A stretch of DNA of 36,274 bases from Nemertoderma westbladi (lineage: Eukaryota; Animalia; Xenacoelomorpha). The position numbers and the translations under genes are program-made. The notes below the pieces were generated by a model. It worked only from the letters and a program-made list of their open reading frames with translations. It was not told where the DNA came from and searched no databases. How positions within the stretch are numbered: the stretch's first letter is position 1; each line of letters begins with the position of its first letter. Shown piece after piece: positions 24,301 to 33,300 of this stretch. Location: assembly GCA_032718475.1 (NCBI GenBank), contig JAUCBJ010005947.1, forward strand, positions 1-36,274, in the 5' to 3' direction.

Positions 24301-27300
24301 TTTTAGGTCGTGCAATATCATAAACAAAGTTTTGTTGTGCTATTTTCTGTGCTTGTTTACCAATCATGGTCATTAAGGCGCCGACTTGTTTGGCAATGCC
24401 ATTGTCTTCATTCCGAAGTTCTGTTGCATCAGCCCAAAAATTAAAGGATTGCTTCCAGTCACTAAACTCGAGGACCATATCATCTGCAGTAGTATTAAGT
24501 TGCTGGGGGATTGGATACTTTGCAGCCATGGTCCTGTTGTGCAATTTTTTTATTTATTTCTATTTTAATGGATAGCCTACCGGTAGCGCGGTAAGCCCTA
24601 GCCAATGTCTGAATGTGGCCCTAGCAGACAGGATACTGGGATATCCAGGAATTATATTAAGTTTACGTTTACTAATTTTTTTTTTCAACCAGTAGGCTCA
24701 GTCCTGTCAGAAATAATATTGCCAACAATCCGTTTTGAACAGTTCAGTTTGGGCCTGTGGGCTGTAGGCCTATTGAAACATTCGCCAACCAGTGTAATAA
24801 TAACTGAATAATCGCCAACCAGTGTAATACTAATCGCCAACCAGTGTAATAATAATCCCCAACAAATCAGTTTGTACAGTTCAGTCTGGGTCTGAGAGCT
24901 GTAATCCAATGCAGCAATACACGGTAGGCTATGTACCCGGTACCAGTACCGGTACACACTGCGCCAGTGTAGTATTGGCCAACAATATGCAATCATGTAT
25001 ATATATTCTGCTAATCCCGTCCAGATACCAAGACCATAAGACCGTACTCGGTCATGGCCTATTATATATACTACACCAACCAACCCAACCCAACCCAACC
25101 CTACCCAACCCAACCCAACCCAACCCCAACCCAACCCAACCCCAACCCAACCCAACCCAACCCCAACCCCAACCCAACCCCCAACCCAACCCAACCCATC
25201 CCAACCCAACCGAACCCATCCCAACCCAACCCAACCCAACCCAACCCAACCCAACCCAACCCAACCCAACCCAACCCAACCCAACCCAACCCAACCCAAC
25301 CCAACCCAACCCAACCCAACCCAACCCAACCCAACCCAACCCAACCAACCCAACCCAACCCAACCCTACCCAACCCAACCCAACCCAACCCAACCCAACC
25401 CAACCCAACCCAACCCAACCCAACCCATCCCAACCCAACCCAACCCAACCCAACCCAACCCAACCCAACCCAACCCAACCCAACCCAACCCAACCCATCC
25501 CAACCCAACCCAACCCAACCCAACCCAACCCAACCCAACCCAACCCAACCCATCCCAACCCAACCCAACCCAACCCAACCCAACCCAACCCAACCCAACC
25601 CAAACCCAACCCAACCCAACCCAACCCAACTATACTAACCATATAGTAATCCAAGGTCCGCAGACGTATTGATTCCGGTGAGTATATTTTAGTATAATAT
25701 CCGCGATTATTGCAGGCCAACCATTTCAGCCCATATTCATCATCAACATTCGAACCAACCTACAAAAGGTTAATGGACATTTAACGAAATTGAATACTAC
25801 TACTACGACGATTTTTGTATTTACCTTTAAGTTAATAAGTAGGCCTACTACTACTAGGTCGAGCGAACTCGGACAGTGGAAATGAGATCCTTCCAGGCTT
25901 CCCGATTCTCTATAGTTGTCGCAATTTCGTTTCTCCCAAGTTCAGTATCCCTTTCAAGTTGATCTATATATGTTATGGCCGGTCGTCCACGACTACGCTT
26001 TCCATGAGTTGGTTGCCAGAGAAGTAGATCTGGTATGACCTCGTCTTTACTTCTCCAGCAATGCCCACTGAATCTTAATCTGCGTTCACGGAGGGTGGTT
26101 GATACAGGTGGTATTGTACCATAAAGCTCGGCGTCTGTCATGTGTTGTCTCCAGCTGATGTTTAGGGCTGCCCTTAGTAGTCTTGTGTAGCAACCATCAA
26201 TTCGTTGTTCAAGTGATTTAGTCAGTGTGCAGGTCTCACCCCCGTATAAAAATACACTTTCCACTGTGGCTCGAAAAAACTTAGTCTTCAGGTGCCTGGA
26301 GAGATCTGATTTCCAGATGGTATCCATTTTTGATAGAGCTACCCATGCCTTTGCTTTCCTAACTTATGTCTTTCTTTCTGATGTCTATCCGTGAAGCAAA
26401 ATAATTGAATTCGTTTTTAGCTGATTATTATCGATTATTGTCAAGTATCCATCAACATTAAAAGTGATGAATTCGGTCTTGGAAGCATTTATATGCAATC
26501 CAACTTCCTTAACAGCCCTTTCCACTTTGTTCACGTGAAGTTGTATATATCAGTTAGAGTATTAGATAGCAGGACGATGACATTGTCAAAGTATCTCATG
26601 ATTTTATGAGTTAAACGCTGGGGACTCCCCTCGTGAACTGAACAGTGATTTATTTTATAATCCGATCGATTTCCAGCTCTAGGCTCTTTATCAAGGTAGA
26701 TGGTTATAAAGTTACATATAAATCAACAATAATACATGATATTGCATGATACGTCATGATACATGGTACATGATGCAAGACATTTTAACATTTAGATAAA
26801 GTTTCTAATGACCGGGATAAGCTCTTCTTCGTTCTTGTTGTGTGAATCCAAGATCTTCTCCATTTGTGATCGTCCTCATTGCGTATTCCTACTACAATAA
26901 TTATGAATGATGGTAGAATCGGACCTCTGCATTTACTATTCTGCGGTCCGAGTCGATTAGTTTGAAAGGTTTATGAACGGAAATTAGGTTCCATTAGGGT
27001 ATTAAAAGTTCCAAAGCTTCCCCTTACCCTTTTCGAATTTTTTGTTGGTAAACGGATTTCGACCAAATAAATCAAAAATAGCTCAGATACTTGCGCTACG
27101 GAGACTGATTGTGTCAAAGAATCTCCCCGCTGTCCTGACATTTATGGACTTTAAGAAAGCATTCGACACCATCAATAGAGGTAACATGTTGGAAATCCTA
27201 AGACCTTAGCCGATCGTCCAGGGCTACGCTTTCCTTGTTTCAAACACTTACACCTGTTTACAACATATCAAATATAATCAGCTAGCAAACGATTTTACAA

Positions 27301-30300
27301 GAATATATCTATCTGATGCAAAAAAAAAAATATATATAACTAAAATATTGTAATAAATGGATTAATAAGAGAGCATAGCCCTGACGTTCTATACCTTAAA
27401 AGGGAATATTCGCACCCTGGGTCCTTCTCCTTTGTTCCTAGTATTGATAACGTTCTCTGCTGAATCGTCTCCTATATCCGTTAAAATCATTATCACCTTC
27501 TCACAATTGGCTGCGGATCCGGCAATCTATATGACGGAGACACGAATGATTGTTATTAAAGGTGAAAAAACTAATTCAGAACCAGATATTACAGAGTTAG
27601 TTATGAGGGTTGTGAGTTCAGATGGAGAAATTCATTTATATCACGCCTGTCTGTCGCCGATTTGACAATTGACAGGTTATAAAGTATTTACCAATAAACC
27701 GATTAGGCTATGATATACCATACCAATAGGCGAGTCAATCTAGCTGAAAAAGGGGGTCAACCCACGCTTTAGGTCAATGGGCACAACGAGTCAAAGAGAA
27801 CAAAATGAGTCAAAGGGTACAAACCAGGCGGTTATTTAGTTCGTTTATTATTTTGGTTAGGGTTAGTTGGTCAGCAGGCCTCAACCATAATTAAAACTGT
27901 CATGTAACCCTCACCCTAAGTCATAATAATCTAAGAAATTTAGAGGAATTTCTGACATCATTGCCATTAACGGCCCCGGTACCCCCTACTACTACTGTAA
28001 CCAGCGAGTTTCATACAGTATAAAAATACATGTTGTTCACTTTGTCCTGCTGTACCCTTTATACAGTATAACATTTGTACCCTTTGACGTGGTTTTTGTA
28101 ATACTTAAGGGTTTTTTGCTAGATTGACTCGACTAGGTCGGCAAGGCCGGCAAGGCAAGGCCAAAAGATAGCTAGTTCTTGCTCACGTGATGGTATGTAA
28201 TTATTCTAACAGGATGATAGTGATGTAGTTTAGCTCACCTGATGGTGGGTTAGTAAAGCAGTGTGTAGCACATTAGTTAGATTGGATATCAAATTTGGAC
28301 TCACAACATAAGAATCTTCCAAACAGCGCCGCAGCATCTGTAAAATATAAATAATAAATAATTAAACTGATCAACATATTGTCAATAACGTTGTGGCAAT
28401 GTTCTTTATTTGACTGTAAACAATTGACTCCCTCGTGGTACGGGAAAAAAAAGATCTAGAAAATAACATGATTCATCTCCATTGTGAGTTAACTGTATTA
28501 GGTAGACAGTGAAATGGTAAATTATCACAACAGTCATCAGACCTTAAAACATTCAGTGATGTCGCGATATATTTGGTATGACATGCCGGTTCCGTAATTG
28601 CAACTGTCTCGATATGGGATCGAACTCGGGACATTTTTTCTTATTTCTGCATAGTTCGAATATATTAATGACGTACTAATGCATTGAGCTACAACTGAAT
28701 GTAGCAGTGGCCGCTGCAAACGCACCTGTTTATTGTGAACTGTTGCCCGTACCAGAAAGGGACCATCGTCTAATGTATCATTGAAACATGGAATTATGTA
28801 GTTAACGTTATTCGAATACTAAAACAATTAAAATAAGTTAAAATAATTATAGCCTGCATAAAAACATATTAGATATTAATTAATTAAGACCACCAGAGGG
28901 CTAAGCAACTCACACCTCTGACTCTAGTTACGAAATTTAAAATTGAATGCATTAAAAAAATACCTAGAAATCAACATCTGGTACTGTATAATGTTGTGTA
29001 CGTGTAGTTATGGTCCATAGAGAGCAATAATTAAAACAGAGTTGGGAGAATAATTATATTTTATTAAAAAAATACGGTTTATATTAAATCTATTATATTA
29101 AAAAACTATATACGTAGTACTTCCTTTATCGCAGAAGCAATAAACGTCACGTTACTAAACAACAGACTTACAACAATTATATTAATGTAATCATGGTCCA
29201 CCAGTGTGTCCATCAGACTGAATGCAGTGTCCTTCATGGCCCGTATGGTCTGCCCTTCCACCGACCCACTTGTGTCTAAGACTATCAGAACGTCCTTCGG
29301 TGGCATTATCGACTCAATGTACCACGGCCGAATTCGGATGTCAAACAGATCAACCTTCTGCCCTTTATAGCCGCTACTTAATGGGAATTCCGAGCCTAAA
29401 AAATAAAAACATAATTAATAAAATAACTATAGGGAAAACCCACGAAAAGTGGACAGCAGATGTTGTCGTAACATTATATGCAACTGTAAATGGTTGCTAG
29501 GTAATATTCTAAATTAAATTTTCTGCTTACATTATGAGATAAATTAGAAAATTAGAATAATTAAATATCAATTAATTGAAAATTTTTCACGTTCAAAATT
29601 TTTCTTATATCCATTTATTAAAATACTCCATTGCTCCATATCTGTATGTAAAACGATATAGTTTGGATCTAATCTTATTAGTGCGAGTCAACGAATTTAT
29701 TTCAAAACTCTAATGAAAATGCCATCTTAAAATGAAAGTAATAAACCCAATGAAAAACAAAAACAACAATCAAAAATCAGCACCCATAATAACTACAATT
29801 AATTTTATCAGCCAGTATGGCTTCTAACATGACCACATTTCACAATAGAGTAGAACGATTACCTTAAGAATAAGTTAATATTTTTTACAAAGAATCAAAA
29901 AGAAACATTACAAACATGCTGCATTGTTGCTACGCTACTATTGTACCTGGATACGTTCGTGTCAGTCCAGTGGTACTAGCGAAGTATTGCCATGACAACG
30001 GTGTCCCAGCCGCAATCGCCTCTTCTGAATTCTTTTTCAATATCGGTTCAAAACCTTTAGTCCAAATTAATTCCCTCAATATATCTGGACCTAAGAAGAA
30101 AAGTTACAGTAAAATGTTATCGGTCTGGATTTATTTAGGTCTATTAGTATAATAGACCAGCTGGTGCTGACGTCACCCTTTTAGTATATAATAGACCAGC
30201 GGGAACTGACGTCACCCTATTAGTATAATAGACCAGCTGGTACTGACGTCACCCTATTAGTATAATAGACCACCTGGTACTGACGTCACCCTATTAGTAT

Positions 30301-33300
30301 ATAATAGACCAGCTGGTACTGACGTCACCCTATTATTAAATAATAGACCAGCTGGTACTGACGTCACCCTATTAGTATAATAATAGACCAGCTGGTACTG
30401 ACGTCACCCTATTAGTATAATAGACCAGCTGGTACTGACGTCACACTATTAATATAATGGACCAGCTGGTACTGACGTCACCCTATTAGTATAATAAACC
30501 AGCTGGTACTTACGTCACCCTATTAGTATAATAGATAAACTGGTACTGACGTCACCCTATTATTATAATAGACCAGCTGGTACTGACGTCACCCTATTAA
30601 TATAATAGACCAGCTGGTACTGACGTCACCCTATTAGTATAATAAACCAGCTGGTACTTACGTCACCCTATTAGTATAATAGATAAACTGGTACTGACGT
30701 CACCCTATTATTATAATAGACCAGCTGGTACTGACGTCACCCTATTAATATAATAATAGACCAGCTGGGACTGACGTCACCCTTAGTATAATTGACCAGC
30801 TGGTACTTACGCTACCCTATTAATATAATAGATAAACTGGTACTGACGTCACCCTATTAGTATAATAGACCAGCTGGTACTGACGTCACCCTATTAGTAT
30901 AATAAACCAGCTGGTACTTACGTCACCCTATTAGTATAATAGATAAACTGGTACTGACGTCACCCTATTAGTATAATAGATAAACTGGTACTGACGTCAC
31001 CCTATTAGTATATAATAGACCAGCTGGTGCTGACGTCACCCTTTTAGTATATAATAGACCAGCTGGTGCTGACGTCACCATTTTAGTATATAATAGACCA
31101 GCTGGTACTGACGTCACCCTATTAGTATAATAGACCAGCTGGTGCTGACGTCACCCTTTTAGTATATAATAGACCAGCTGGTGCTGACGTCACCCTTTTA
31201 GTATATAATAGACCAGCTGGCACTGACGTCACCCTATTAGTATAATAGACCTGCTGGTACTGACGTCACCCTTTTAATATATAATAGACCAGCTTGTGTT
31301 GACGTCACCCCCTTTTAGTATATAATAGACCAGCTGGTACTGACGTCACCCTATTAGTATAATAGACCAGCGGGTACTGACGTCACCCTATTAGTATAAT
31401 AGACCAGCTGGTACTGACTGACGACACCCTATTATCACTCACTCCCATCATATATTTCCGTAGGAATCTGTATTGAACTTGTTTCCATGGTAACTTTCTT
31501 CCCATTGAACTCCGAGTTAGCCGTTAGAGTAACTGATTTTGGCCAATCCTTCGAGTTCGCCTCATTCTTCCAGGTTTCATTTTTCTATAAATTATATTAC
31601 AGAAAGTATACTAAGTAATTACCGGAACAGCTGCATAAGTATAGACCTATTGTATAACAGTTTGATAAGTTTTTATAAAAATACAATAACTCTATATAAT
31701 ATAGTAGATCATTGGACCTCTGGTACCACCAGTTACTTTTGTGTCGGTATAATAATAGTGGTTCCGCAGCTGATGTAGTTTAATAAACAATTAATTTAAC
31801 AGTTTTGGAATTCGTGTGAAACAAAAATACACGGTAGTAGTCTACCTACTACCGCGGTAGTATTCAACCTGCTACCGCGGTAGTAGTGCTTACCTACTAC
31901 CGCGGTAGTAGTGCCTACCTGCTACCGCGGTAGTACTTTCTACATGCTACCGCAGTAGTAGTCTACCTACTACCGCGGTAGTAGCCTACCTGCTACCGCG
32001 GTAGTAGCCTACCTGCTACCGCGGTAGTAGTGTTTACCTGCTACCGCGGTATTAGTGTATACCTGCTACCGCGGTAGTACTTTCTACATGCTACCGCAGT
32101 AGTAGTCTACCTACTACCGCGGTAGTAGTCATCAACCTGCTACCGCGGTAGTATTCAACCTGCTACCGCGGTAGTAATGCTTACCTACTACCGCGGTAGT
32201 AGTGCCTACCTGCTACCGCGGTAGTACTTTCTATATGCTACCGCAGTAGTAGTCTACCTACTACCGCGGTAGTAGCCTACCTGCTACCGCGGTAGTAGTG
32301 CTTACCTGCTACCGCGGTATTAGTGTATACCTGCTACCGCGGTAGTACTTTCTACATGCTACCGCAGTAGTAGTCTACCTACTACCGCGGTAGTAGCCTA
32401 CCTGCTACCGCGGTAGTAGTGCTTACCTGCTACCGCGGTATTAGTGTATACCCTACCTGTTACCGGGATACTAGTGTCTACCTGCCAGCTGCTACCGCGG
32501 TAGTTGTGTCTACCTGCTACCGCGGTAGTTGTGTCTACTTGCTACCGCGGTAGTTGTATCTACCTGCTACCGCGGTAGTAGTGTCTACAATGCTACCGCG
32601 GTAGTTGTGTCTACCTGCTACCGCGGTTGTAGTGTCTACCTGCTACCGCGGTAGTAGTGTCTACAATGCTACCGCGGTAGTAGTGTCTACCTGCTACCGC
32701 GGTAGTAGTGTCTACATGCCAGCTGATACCGCGGTTGTTGTGTTTACCTGCTACCGAGGTAGTTGTGTCTACCTGCTACCGCGGTGGTAGTGTCTACCTG
32801 CTACCGCGGTAGTAGTGTCTACCTGCTACCGCGGTAGTTGTGTCTACCTGCTACCGCGGTAGTAGTGTCTACCTGCTACCGCGGTAGTAGTGTCTACCTG
32901 CTACCGCGGTAGTAGTGTCTACCTGCTACCGCGGTAGTTGTGTCTACCTGCTACCGCGGTAGTAGTGTCTACAATGCTACCGCGGTAGTTGTGTCTACCT
33001 GCTACCGCGGTAGTAGTGTCTACATGCCAGCTGATACCGCGGTTGTTGTGTCTACCTGCTACCGCGGTATTAGTGTCTACCTGCTACCGCGGTAGTGGTG
33101 TCTACCTGCTACCGCTGTAGTAGTCTACCTGCTACCGCGTTAGTAGTGTCTAACTGCTACCACGGTAGAAGTTTCTACCTGCTACCGCGGTAGTAGTGTC
33201 TACCTGCTACCGCGGTAGTAGTGTCTAACTGCTACCGCGGTAGTAGTGTCTACCTGCTACCGCGGTAGTAGTGTCTACCTGCTACCGCGGTGGTAGTGTC

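Larger units (their letters stand above)
19996..25075 (-). mobile_element. Full-length Ty3/Gypsy (Mag-like) LTR retrotransposon, 5080 bp
   Basis: Two 108-bp LTRs TGTAGTA...TACTACA, CCAAC on both flanks (5-bp TSD), PBS, PPT, gag, and pol in PR-RT-RH-IN order. Confidence 0.96.

Noticed and set aside
19875-25630. Interstitial telomere or chromosome fusion site
   Set aside because: The repeat is TTGGG rather than TTAGGG, has a single orientation, and lies wholly within one intron.
24685-25720. PTQPN / GWVGL repeat ORFs (also 19829-20171)
   Set aside because: These are translations of (CCAAC)n. Only 25640-25759 is a real exon.
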